In this document: positions 11,501 through 22,211 of the stretch, piece after piece
Layout of the letters: every line of letters starts with the position of its first letter
How positions within the stretch are numbered: position 1 is the first letter of the stretch
From: Anthoceros angustus
Taxonomy: Eukaryota; Plantae; Anthocerotophyta
Assembly (NCBI GenBank): GCA_010909165.1
Contig: VJWM01000371.1
Span: 1 to 29,546, forward strand
Length of the DNA stretch: 29,546 nucleotides
Direction of reading: 5' to 3'
Position numbers and translations under genes: made by a program
Notes under the pieces: model-generated
The model's database searches: none
Told to the model about the DNA's origin: nothing
The model's input: the letters and a program-made list of their open reading frames with translations, nothing else

Positions 11501-11508
11501 TATATATA
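11501..11508 (-). promoter_or_regulatory. TATA-like box within the LTR
   Basis: TATATATA in the middle of the putative LTR. Confidence 0.4.
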
Positions 11509-11869
11509 CTAGTCCTTGGCATCGGTATATTCCTAAGATATCCTATTGGCATCAGCATATGCCGAAAATTTCCTAAGAATATACTATAATATGCAAAGAA
11601 TATGCTAAAGCATGTTACTTGTGCTTATCCACTTAGCTATCGCTAACCATTTAGAGGGAAAGTTAGAGGGCCCCTTGCTTGTGAGTGGGTGTAGACAATG
11701 ATTGATCTCTCAGAATCCGGCTCTCTACACAAGTCTCATGGGACGAAGGATTTAGATTAATTAATACTAATTACTTACTTAAAGATAAGTAATTAGATTA
11801 AATAATGCTAATCAAACACTAAACCTAAGTGCAGAGATTAGTGTCACATGGCATGACTACTGTCGCACG

Positions 11870-11956
11870 AGGTAAGCACTTGCATTCATATAAGCATTTC
11901 CTCAACAGACAACCAAGCAAAACAAATCTAATATGCAAGTATAAGTGCAAACCAAT
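11870..11956. repeat. 87-bp diverged direct repeat, copy B, at the PPT-proximal LTR end
   Basis: See copy A. Confidence 0.9.
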
Positions 11957-11964
11957 CCCCCCTT
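11956..11964 (-). promoter_or_regulatory. Polypurine tract (PPT)
   Basis: Minus strand reads ...TCAAGGGGGGA-T-TGG..., just after the end of the coding region and immediately before the LTR TG. Confidence 0.75.
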
Positions 11965-12028
11965 GATAATGTGAGTCAAAACTCCAAGTCATAATATTAT
12001 CATTAGTAGGACTACACACGTACACACC

Positions 12029-12670
12029 TCATGTAGCGCATTATGCACAAAACCAATCTTCTTCAAGGTCGTCCAGTGGTGGCTGAACACAAAACATATG
12101 GTATGCCCTGTTGCACCAATCACAAAGAAGCATCACATCATCAGTACATCCACAAATCTGTGACTCCAAGTCTTTGGGTGGATGCCACATTGTAGGCTGC
12201 AGTTGAGGGGCCAAATTGGGCAAGTGGCATGGTGTGCAGTTCTTGAGGTGATCCTACCATCTTCGACCATCGGATCCTTCAAGCTCAAGCACTCCATCTT
12301 TGCCTACCCACATGAGCCGCAAGATGACTCCATTAGTGGATACCTCCAAGGTGTTGGCTGGCTTCCGATGCAGGTAGATATAGTCTCCAACTTCAAACTT
12401 GCGCAGCTTGGGTTTCCATGTCCCTCCTCTTGTGTAAGCATAGCGCAGTTGATCACTATGCTACGCTATGGTAAGGTTCTCCGTTGCCATGGGCATAATC
12501 CGTATAAAAAGCTTTGACGTCTTTCCAAGTCTCGTAGGCAGTCATCTGAATTGCGCCAATCCACTGGTGCTTGTAGCCTTGCTTGCCTTACGTTTGGCAA
12601 AAATGGTTGTCGCCCATAAAACAAGTAGTATGGTGAAAAGTTGCTCAAGGCTGCTTGATTGCTCATCCTG
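12029..12670 (-). pseudogene. Ty3 integrase C-terminal region fused in-frame to a PHD finger
   Basis: One frame with isolated stops: ...KFEVGDYIYL...VLELEGSDGRRW*DHLKNCTPCHLPNL...SQICGCTDDVMLLCDWCNRAYHMFCVQPPLDDLEEDWFCA*C. C4HC3 spacing is recognisable, with the first Cys changed to Ser and a TAA before the last Cys. Confidence 0.85.
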
Positions 12671-14691
12671 CGTCGGAAAGAAAGGAGAGCATATAGCGAT
12701 AACCGAGTAGGTCTCCAACTTCGCGAACGCTCTTTTAGATCAAGAATTCGTGGTCTCCTTTCGTCAGCTTCTAATGGACAATCCCAAGTATCGAAAGCTG
12801 ATGCGCGATGTAGTAAAGGGAGTTTAGGAGGGAAGAACTCCCATAAGGATTAGAGATGTACGGGTAGTCGAGTTATTGGATTTGGGGGCTAGCAAGATAT
12901 CTGTGGAGGTAAATAGATGTCTCATTCCGCACGTACCATTGGATTTGGGATCTGGAGTAAATTTCATGATAGAAGAAACAGCAAACAAACTGGGGTAGGT
13001 TAGGTTCGAGCGCACAAGGACCGTCTTGAGGATGGCCGACCAAACTCGCAAACGACCATTGGGAGTTATTCGACATGTTCCCACTGTCATCGGTGACATT
13101 TCTTTCCCTCTCACCTATATCGTCATGCGGATTGTTTCAGATCTAGGATATCAAGTGTTGATAGGAAGACCATGGTTGTATAGAAGCAAGAGTTAGTTTG
13201 ATTAGGGAAAGAAGCTTGTCAGTTTCCAATCGCTTAAGGGGATGGCCCCAGCACATTCGAGTGTGAGTTGGAACAAAGAAGCATATGAGGGGGAAACTAA
13301 GTCCCTATCCGATGGTTACACCTCGAAAGAACTGGGTGAGACAGACAAAGATAGCTCATTGCAAGGCATGCATGCTTACTATCCATCCAATCTCGAAGAC
13401 ATAACCTTTTATTTGGAAAGTTTTCATGTAGACATCGAAGACGGCTCCAACGAGGATGAGGAGCCGAGACGGAATTGCTACCTAGAAAGGGAAAGCATGT
13501 GAGCGAGATTTTCCAGATGAAGGATCCGGAAGTAGCAAAGGGAGTAGTCCAGAGGGACCGGTGGATCATGATGCCTTGGAAGATGTGGAATTGGAATCAA
13601 GGAAGGTAATCCGAGTACGTAGGCATTTATCCAATGAAGAGAAGAGAGGCCTCAAGGAGCTGCTGCTAGAGTATTTGGATTGTTTCGCATTCAAAGTAAC
13701 TGATATGACAAGAATACCGGAAGAACTCGATGTACATCGAATTGATTTGAAGGAGGGAGCTACACCGGTGAGGATAAAGCAATATAGGCTAAATTTGAAA
13801 TATTCTGTAGTGGTGAAAGATCAGCTAGATCAATATTTGGAGGCCGGGGTGATCTATCCAGTATTGACAAGTGAGTGGGTAACACGATTAAGGTAAATTT
13901 TTCCTAGTGTGTTGGGACTGTCACCTGTCGCACCTACGACAATGTTTGCAGAGGTGTAGGGAGACCAACTCGAAACTACATCCAATCAAGTATTATTGCA
14001 AGTATTATTTTGGTATGCCTGAAGGGATTTTGTTGGCTCATCGAGTTTCGGCACGGGGTCTAGAAGTGGACAAGGAAAAGGTAGTTGTGATAGCAGAAAT
14101 GGATGCACCAGTAATAGTTAAGCAAGTTCGGGCATTCATTGGCTTGGTAGGATATTACAGGAGGTTCATTGTCAGCTTTGCGAAGAAAGCCGCACCCCTT
14201 ACGCAGTTACCGAAGAAGAACGTAGCGTTTGATTGGACGGAAGAACGACAACTTGCTTTCTTGAACCTGAAGCAGAGCTTGATGGAGGCACCAATTTTGC
14301 AGCCTCCTGACTGGGAAAAACCCTTCCATGTGTTTGTAGATGTATCCGCTTGCGCAATTGGGGCAATACTGAGTCAAAACGATGAGAAGAAGCATGATCG
14401 ACCCATCTTCTACGCGGGGAGGCAACTATCGGATTTCGAGAAGAAATATTCCACGACAAAGCGAGATGCACTGGGAATCATTTACTCATGCAAGAAGTTT
14501 CGACACTATTTGTTGGCTCGCAAGGTTGTATTTTATGTGGATCACTTTGCGCTCAAATATTTGGTCAACAGACCCGACTTATCTGGATGGATTGCGAGAT
14601 AGATACTGTTATTGCAAGAGTTCGATTATGAGGTCGAAACAAGGGTAGGGAAGAAACATGTGAATGCTGATTTCATCTCCAAGATAAAACA
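12671..14691 (+). mobile_element. Ty3/gypsy pol fragment (protease, partly deleted RT, RNase H); no integrase or LTR attached
   Basis: Protease VPLDLGSGVNF...LRMADQT..RPLG...YQVLIGRPWL at about 12930-13190; RT N-terminus LLEYLDCFAF...HRIDL..GATPVRIKQYRLN...GVIYPV at 13561-13896; RT end and RNase H PDWEKPFHVFVDVS..AIGAILSQ...YLL...VFYVDH.ALKYL...LLQEFD...NADFIS at 13907-14690. Stops and frameshifts present. Confidence 0.92.
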
Positions 14692-15037
14692 TGCTATACA
14701 GTGAAGGGGGTGAATATCCGAACCCCCTTCTGGTTGAACGAAACCTCCTTCACTAATAACACATAGACAGCCCTACTTCGTCCCTGCTGTGTCTTTGTCT
14801 CCTAGAGGTTCTTGTGGTTCGTTGCATTACCAGGTTGGGAGAATTTTCCATCTTGATTTCACCATGTACGCGTACAGGCTGTCTCTCTTAAGCGAGACCC
14901 AGCCCTTTTTGCCCTTGGTCATAGGCCAAGGACAATTGTAGCTGGGTTATTGCTCTGGGCCATAGGCCAAGGAGATCATGTGACTGGTGCCATGACTTAG
15001 CTTTGTGAGCAGGCTAGGTAGGCATGCAACTGTCACA
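14692..15037. repeat. Candidate LTR-like fragment (TG...CA) that truncates the gypsy pol
   Basis: Starts TGCTATACAG and ends CTGTCACA (imperfect terminal inverted match); internal CATAGGCCAAGGA at 14920 and 14961. No TSD, PBS or PPT found. Confidence 0.33.
14703..14730. other. Perfect 9-bp-stem hairpin GAAGGGGGT-N10-ACCCCCTTC
   Basis: Read directly. Confidence 0.8.
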
Positions 15038-15299
15038 GCTGCTGCCTTGGCAGTGGTGGCGGCACCTACAAACCCATATGAGCGGAGTAGGGGCACCCGG
15101 CGAGCACTTTCATCAAACACATGCGAGGGTAGGGGCGTCGGGGCGCTGCGGCTACATCGATCCCGATCCTGGTCTCAATGAAAAAAAAACTTGATCACGG
15201 ACATACCTTTCCGGAGAAATTTGGAATCGTGCTAGCATATTGTCAAGTAGAATATAAAGGATACTCTGCGCACCTCTTCAAATGACGACGGCCCGGATG

Positions 15300-17697
15300 C
15301 TTCACCATTGCTACTTGTATGATATGAAATTTTTTCAAAGTGATCTCTTCCTCCATCCCCTTGGATCTATGTTAACACCTTCTGGCGCTTATCGTATTTG
15401 TTGGCCACACTCTCCAAGCTGGTATTCCACGAAAAGATTTCCGGGCTTGGCCAACATGTCTCTAGCAGCTTACACATCAACTGCTTGGTCATCCATGACT
15501 TAAACACCTTTCCCTTTCTTGCTTGTCCCCGAGGCGTGTTTCTTACAGAGCTCTCCTGCTTCCCATTTGGAAAAAATCTTGTCCACATTCTCCACACCTT
15601 CCCATCACCTTGTAATACACGAATGTGGGTCCGATTGTCCACTTTGTTACCTTGTACACGTCGTCCTCCGCCCTTCATCGTCTTCAATCAAACCTAGGAC
15701 TTTGTGCAGTTGTATTTCCAGGACATGGTCATTTGCACTTCTTCCCTCTTTGCGATGATCAACTCGTCCCTTAAATACCTGACTTGCTCTATAAAGTTCA
15801 TCTTCTTTCTTACGGACATCATATTGTGATCTCATTGCAAGCACCGCATCTCATGCCGATAAGCCCACAATACACATGTGCTTCAACATATTGGAACCGC
15901 TTCTTTCCGGGTGAGATATCGATAAGTGCTGCGTGGTGTGGTTACCACCAAGAACTCCCATGACATACTTCTTTGCACGCCATTGCTTCGATCCGATTGC
16001 TCGGATCGGCACTCGCTCGGATCAATCATACACAAAAGAGAACTCCCTCCTCTATCCCCTTCGCTATAACACGGGCAAGATAGTTTGCCCAAGCCTCATC
16101 AACCCTCCGGATCTGCGTGCGGGTAATATGCCGGCCTCAAGTTCTCCAACTTCACTAACAACTTTCTGCACCACCTTGAGTATGCAATCCCTTAAGCGAG
16201 TCAATGGATCGCATCCCTCATAGCCTCTTCCAACCTTTCCTCGTCGGTTTGAATATGAGGTATGTCCCTCCTATGGCATCTTCTCTTCCACCCTTCTTTG
16301 CCTTTTGGTTTTCCTTCCCAATTCTCATCCCAGTGTGCGTGCTTCTGCACTTCCCTTGCCCTTTGCCACTCGAGGCTGCTGATCGTTCGGGGCATGAAGG
16401 TTGAGGAGGCGCCGGCGCGCCCCCTCCTCTTCACCTCCATACCCACATCCCCCCATCCGCCATGTCCTTTTCTCCGAGGACGAACCTGCTTGACCCGGTG
16501 CCATCTCTCTCATGTGTGGTGGGAGGATTCGTGGCGCCGGCCGGCCGGCGCCCCACCTGCCTTCCTTGAATCTTATAAACCGGTCCGGATCGTTGGCGGC
16601 TCTTGGGGAACAGATGGGCGGCCGGCGGCCGCCACGCATCCGGGTCATATTGCATGGTGGAACCATAACGGAAGAGTCGGAGTTAGAAGATTGGGAAGGT
16701 CCTCGGCATCTCTGTCCGATTCCTGCCCCGGATCCTTGACTGCAGATGCGCTTGACCAAGCTGGTAAAGCCCATCTTCCTCGTCGATGGGCCAAGCTCAC
16801 TCTCCTCATGATCTTCTTCCATACCTTCCACCACATCACCGGTTCTTGTATGGGCTTGGGCTCGATAGACATTTCCCTCTTGTGGGCCCTCATAGTTTGT
16901 GTAATCTTTTCGCGAGATAGCTCGTATGAGTGCCCTCGCAACTAGTGGTGCACGGAAGATGGTAGGAAAAACATATCCACAATTGACTCTCACATGTGAA
17001 GAAGCTGCGAAGGAATGCGATTGGGCAATACTCTGTCTCATGCATGGAATCGCGGAAATCTTCAACAAGGCCACGAGGTGCACACTTCTTCCAGTGAAAC
17101 CCTTTCGGGCTAAGAACAAGAGACTTGTATAAGCGGATCTGGAAACTTCCTCATCTTGGTATGCCTTTGTGGTGCACAAAAAGTGAACTCGGCTCCCCTT
17201 CATTGAAGTCCAAAGTAGCCCAAACAACCCGACCCGCTCTTGCTCTACGATTTGGCGAGCCCCCTATATCCATGATCCACAACTTCAACAAAGGGGTCCA
17301 TGGCGCATTGCGTCGATGAGGCTGTGGATCTGCAAGCATCCGATCCTTCTCCACAACCACAACATTGTCGAGCTGCCCGGATACACGCTGATATGGGATC
17401 TCCTCATAGTAAGTGTGAATCGGGGTGGAATAGGTTGTTTCGCTCTTACCAACCTTCTTCGTCCCTTGCTCTCCGGCCTTTGTGGGCGATTTTGGAGATG
17501 ATGCGCCCGATTTTTGCCCCAAGAATCGCCCCTCCATTGGAGCATGGCGGATGGCAAGATGTCTCGGCGACTGGATGGAGTGCCTCGCGATGTCCGCGTG
17601 GGCGGGTGCGCTCGCCTTTGAGCCTCCTCGGCCTTCTTGGCCGCATGGCGGTGTCATATTCCTCAAAATGGTCCTTCTTGCTCCTCCCGCTTGCCAT
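15300..17697 (-). pseudogene. Decayed ORF, probably a TE accessory gene: unknown N-terminal region, disordered linker and ParB/Srx-like C-terminal domain
   Basis: Acceptor-like TGCAG then ATG at 17697 (MASGRSKK...). Stitched fragments read QIRRVDEAWANYLARVI, VLFCV, KKYVMGVLGGNHTT (GGNH at 15938-15949), AAL, FQYVEAHVYCGLS..DAVLAM, KIFSKWEAGEL. Many frameshifts; joining the pieces into one gene is inference. Confidence 0.45.
16533..16552. repeat. Perfect 20-bp GC palindrome GGCGCCGGCCGGCCGGCGCC
   Basis: Self-reverse-complementary; the same GGCCGGCC core recurs at 19981-20270 and about 22253. Confidence 0.9.
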
Positions 17698-19974
17698 CTT
17701 CAATCTCTGCAATTCAAGGCAACCCCACTCGTAATCACAAAGAGATGCACAACAGCCGTGACCGCTAACTCACTGCTCAAGATCGCTTGCCTCTCAAGAG
17801 CTTGGCGCACCGTGCGAGCTTGCGCTATCACGGCAGTTGCGCTCCAAACCGAGCTTGCGGCGGTCTTGGGCGGCGAGGGCGGTGTGGCGCCTCACTCGCA
17901 TCACGGCGATCACACGGTGGTGGTGCGCTCGGAGCGACAAGCGGCACACGGTGAGGTGTTGCGCTCGAAATCGCGGACATGAACGCGCTGTCAGCTGGCC
18001 TTGCAAACGGTAGCCCTTAAGTTCAGAAAAGAGGAGGCCTTAACGAGAACTGAAGCTAAACGACCTGTCAAAGTAGGGTTTTCTTCCATAACCCGAAATG
18101 GTTTTCAAAACCGTGTTTCTCTTAAATAACCCGCTATCTTAAACTCAATTTCGACCAGAGCTTACTATTTTTGCCGGCCGCCGCCATCAACTTTTCGCCG
18201 GTGGCTGCTGCAATTATGCTTGGATTTTCCGTTACAATCACGACCCGTCAACCACTTCATTGTCCGCACTTATTTGAGGCAATCCCATCAACCTCTTAGG
18301 CGGTGGCACTCGGGGATGCGAGGGCCGTCCGACGCGCCATATAGCAAAGCCGGGAGGGAGGCTTGATATCGCTAGCCACTACGGTGCCTGCAAAGTCTTG
18401 TGCTTTCCTTCCTTGCGCATTGCGATAAGTCGTGCGATGTTGCATTTGACGCTGCCTGCGGAGATGAGGTTGGTCTTGTTTCGCCATTGTCTTTTCCACA
18501 TACCATTCATGATACGTATGCAACTTGTGCGACCATGCACGTGGCGCGGAGGTTCAAGTGGAGGACCGGGCCCCTCGCAATTCAAAGAAATGGAGACATG
18601 GTCCGCAGGGGAAGAGGCTCGCTATCTTGAGCGCTCCTCCAAGTTCACATATTCGGTGCAATACCCACGTCCTCCACATGAAGGTTTGTTGTGGTTACCC
18701 ACTTTTGGAAGGCGTCATTAGCTTGTTAAGTCTGGCGCCCATGTAGGCTCTGGCGTCGACACTTGGCGTCACCAAACATGCCAGGTGTGCCTCACACCCC
18801 AATTTGCATCTATCTGACCATTGAGGAGCCCATCTACCGCCTCCCGGTCGAGAGTCCTCATCCCTCAAGCTGCGTGAGAATGGACCACTGTTGCCGCGGG
18901 ATTGTTTGATGGTGGTCACGGTGAAGACCTCCCAGGAGCACGAACCCTCAGGGATGAAGATGGGCGCCACTTCCGGACACACTGCGCGTCGATCGTTCCA
19001 TCCCAAGCCGTGGGTGAGACGGCGTCAAGCGAGCAAAGCATTGCACCTCAACGGAGTGCTGGTGTCACATTGAAGAAAAGTGAAGGAGAGGTAGTGGCGG
19101 TTCCGAAAACCATGTTGCGATCAAATGTGTGCTTGCGGTGACAAAGAAAAGTTTCAGAGCAAACACGATAATTTTTGAAGGGGATATCGGCCCCTTGGGC
19201 GAAACAACACCTTGTCGAAGAACACCTTTCCTAGAGCGACATATGTGCCCTACTTTGATAATGCACACACCCTTTAAAGGTCAGTGATAAAAGGCACTTT
19301 CAAGTCTACACAGCTGGAGCACAATAGGGTGTGGGCCCGTCTGCGTTTTTGTAGAATGCATAGAGGGCTGCCATTTTCATATGTTTATTACATAGAAAAC
19401 TTTTACTTTCAAGTGGTGGAACACAATGAAAACAATCTTGTACTAGCGAGTCTTATTTCAATGGTGAGAACATTGCAACAAACAAGCTAAAGGAGAAGTG
19501 GTCATCGGCATCGACAATAGTCATTCAAGAGTGCGGCGACTCATCCATGCCTTCGGCGGAGTCAAGTACCACGCCATATTCGGAGGCGGTCCATATCCTC
19601 CGCCTCGAAGTTGTCGTTCTCCTCCATTGCTTGCTCGTCTTCAATAGTATCATTCTTGGGCCCGGTCAGCGGTGTCGGCGCCACATCTAGCATCTGCGAC
19701 CCTCATCCAAAAGGTCGATCGTGGTCTTCAACCTTCGGCACTCAATGCAACCACTTGGGCTTTAAGGCAATGCTAGCGTCCTTAAAATGAACAAAGTTAG
19801 TTGCCCATGCGCAAGCATCCTTAAAATCAACAAAATTGAGTTGTAGGAGATACAGGTTTGAACACAACCTATTCATTACTACACTTATTTCCCAAACACT
19901 AGACCAACAATCCCAAGTTGCAACTCTCTTGAGGCGCTAAATATATATTTTCTTGAAGACAGCCTAGGAGGAGC

Positions 19975-20325
19975 CCATGGGCCGGCCGGCCAGCGCCATG
20001 GGTGGGGCGTGTGCTAGGGAGGCGCCGGCCGGCGGCGCGCATGGGCGGGCGTGGCGCGGCCGGCGGCAGTGTGCTAGGAGGCCGTGCCATGGGGGTGCTA
20101 GGGGCGCGGCGGCCGGCCATGGGCGAGTGTGCTAGGGGGCCGTGGCGCCATGGGAGTGTGCTAGGGAGGCGGCCGGCCGGCGCCATCGCGGGCGTGTTGG
20201 GCGGCCGCGGCCGGTGTGCTAGGGGCGGCCGGCCGGCGCCCGGCAGTGTGCTAGGGGCGCGGCGGCCGGCGCCATGGCGAGACATCTTGGGGAGGCGCGG
20301 TCGGCGCCCTCCTGCACCATCCTAG
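19975..20325. repeat. Very GC-rich degenerate tandem array (GTGCTAGG x7 interleaved with GGCCGGCC and CCATGG palindromes)
   Basis: GTGCTAGG at 20011, 20071, 20095, 20129, 20158, 20216, 20248; sharp switch from an AT-rich left flank at about 19960. Confidence 0.9.
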
Positions 20326-21392
20326 TGCATCTCGGGTGAAGCTAGGGGGACAAGAAGGGCAGCGGTATCCTATCACCGATGGAAGGTGTGGCCCATTTGC
20401 GGGAAGGGTTAAAAGATTTGCGTCCATAAGTGATTGTTGAAGAGTACAAGTGGTGGGAAGCCTTTTGGGTGGACGGAAGGAGATTGCTATCATTGTGGAG
20501 AATAACATTGGGCTAGTGCTACTGGTGGTTTTCACGTGAAGTGGATCATCTGACTGACCACTTCAAGTGCGGATGAAGCTTTGCTAGATGAGGCATTATT
20601 GAGGACCTCCACAGTGATATGTGAGGGGCATATCAAAATGCGGGAAGGCAAGCTGTGAAATGGCACGGATGAATGGGGACATAGCAAATCAGGAGGGATG
20701 TTTACGGCGGTGCCGTGCAATACGGACGCTAGGCCATTACGGATTGGGAGGTCATTGGCGTGAAGCTAAGCGCACCGACCTCACTTTCTTATCCACTAGT
20801 ATCGGACCGAGCACACGGCGTATGAAGGAGATATGAATACATAGTCGCGGTGGTAACCCATCGGTCCAATCTTAGGAAAAAGGGAATAAGGTCCATTACG
20901 AAAAACATCTGAGGTATTTGTAGATGAAAGCAGTCATCTGTATTATGGGTTTGTGTTGAGCATGCGGAAACATGTATCGGTGGACAAAAAGCGATAAGGG
21001 ATAAGCTCTGCGAGTTGCGTGGCTTCATACAACTGCGAGTCAAAGTGCGCGAAGATAGTGATGACAATGCGAGGAAAATTTGGACCAAGTGATGACGATG
21101 GATTGAACTACGGGGATGAGTGGCGAAATCTCGTTTTCGGGGTCCCGAGTTAATGTTGTAAGTCCGATTCTTGATGTTTACGTGTTAGGAAATACCTGTC
21201 AGTGGCTTTTGTGGTGTCATAACAAAACCACATTTCCATCCCAAAGCGAGTTCTGATCGTCCGGCGAGCGGCCTTCCTCACCGTTCCTACTTTGCATCAT
21301 TCCCTAGGTTCGAGTTTGCGACCACCATTCGACACAAACATTCTTTGGATGGAAAGTAGTAACTTCTTGGGTGACACCCTTTTGTTTTTTCG

Positions 21393-21626
21393 CAATGCCT
21401 TCAAAAGCATTTTAGGGCCCATCAAAAACCCCCTTGAGAGATTGCGGAAAACCCCCTTGATTATGCCCCTTCAAAATGTAGTGTTAGCAGTCGATTCCTA
21501 AGGATGGGCGAGGCGGAGCGAGACATTTCTAGAGTCCTTGGTTCAAGCGGAGGGAGGTGGATGTGAAAGGGGTAAAGTATGCACACACATATTGGGGTCC
21601 ATTCCGTCTTTGTTTTGAAGGCATTG
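21393..21626. repeat. 14-bp perfect inverted repeat enclosing AAAACCCCCTTGA x2
   Basis: CAATGCCTTCAAAA at 21393-21406 and TTTTGAAGGCATTG at 21613-21626; direct repeats at about 21424 and 21446. Confidence 0.7.
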
Positions 21627-22211
21627 AGAAGAGTATATTGCATATGGCACCATGAGATATGAGGCCTGAAGAAGCGAGTCATTGAATGCCCGTGGGATGG
21701 TTTCGAGGCTAACCCCAAACCCACGATCTTCTTATCGCTTGGGCGATATCACAGGATAGGACAAGACATTTCGGTGATGGCCAGGCGGTACCTGCGCATT
21801 AGAAGTCTTCAACCTTCGGACACATACACAAGGTTGGAAATATGGAGTATGTCACAGTGACAATCACGAAACCTCTGGGATCCTCTATGAAATATCCATG
21901 GTTCTTGAAGTTATGGAAAACAACTTTAAAGCGAAAATACGAAATCCAGGTTTTCCGTGCTCACTCTGTGAGGTATGAAGAGCACTATGTGGGAACCACA
22001 GTCCACAAAGCCGATCAAGGTAATTGTTACCACTTTCGGCAGGGCTGGTTGACATGCATAGGAACTTATAGAAATGGTTTTCTTGAGTGGGAATGGTTGT
22101 TTTGAACTTCGAGGCCTTATAGGCAGAGCCCTGTCGGGTCTTTCTAATCTTGGTATGATGGGATGGGGTGCGGCCTTGACAGTAAATCCCATATACAAAA
22201 CCCTTGGGATG

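Larger units (their letters stand above)
11173..11954 (-). repeat. Putative 3' LTR, about 780 bp
   Basis: Starts with TG at 11954 directly after the PPT; non-coding; contains TATATATA at 11501-11508. The distal CA end is uncertain (candidates near 11173, 11185, 11192); no TSD verified. Confidence 0.6.
11173..12670 (-). mobile_element. Ty3/gypsy retrotransposon 3' end: integrase C-terminus, PHD finger, PPT and 3' LTR
   Basis: Minus-strand order RMSNQAALSNFSPYYLFYGRQP, then MATENLTIA*HSDQLRYAYTRGG, then PHD, then PPT AAGGGGGGA, then TG-starting LTR. The left boundary is approximate. Confidence 0.85.

Noticed and set aside
18296-19270. Cluster of short ORFs that might be another decayed gene
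   Set aside because: No motif could be stitched in any frame; left unassigned.
19776-19843. Imperfect 28-bp direct repeat pair (19776, 19815)
   Set aside because: An ordinary local duplication with no further structure.
19899-20325. ORFs on both strands across the GC array
   Set aside because: Open only because the GC-rich repeat lacks stop codons.
20330-21100. Purine-biased plus-strand stretch resembling eroded coding sequence
   Set aside because: Too many stops and no recognisable motif.
19724-21819. 15-bp direct repeat GTCTTCAACCTTCGG at 19724 and 21805
   Set aside because: About 0.4 such matches are expected by chance in a 29.5-kb window, and there is no extension.
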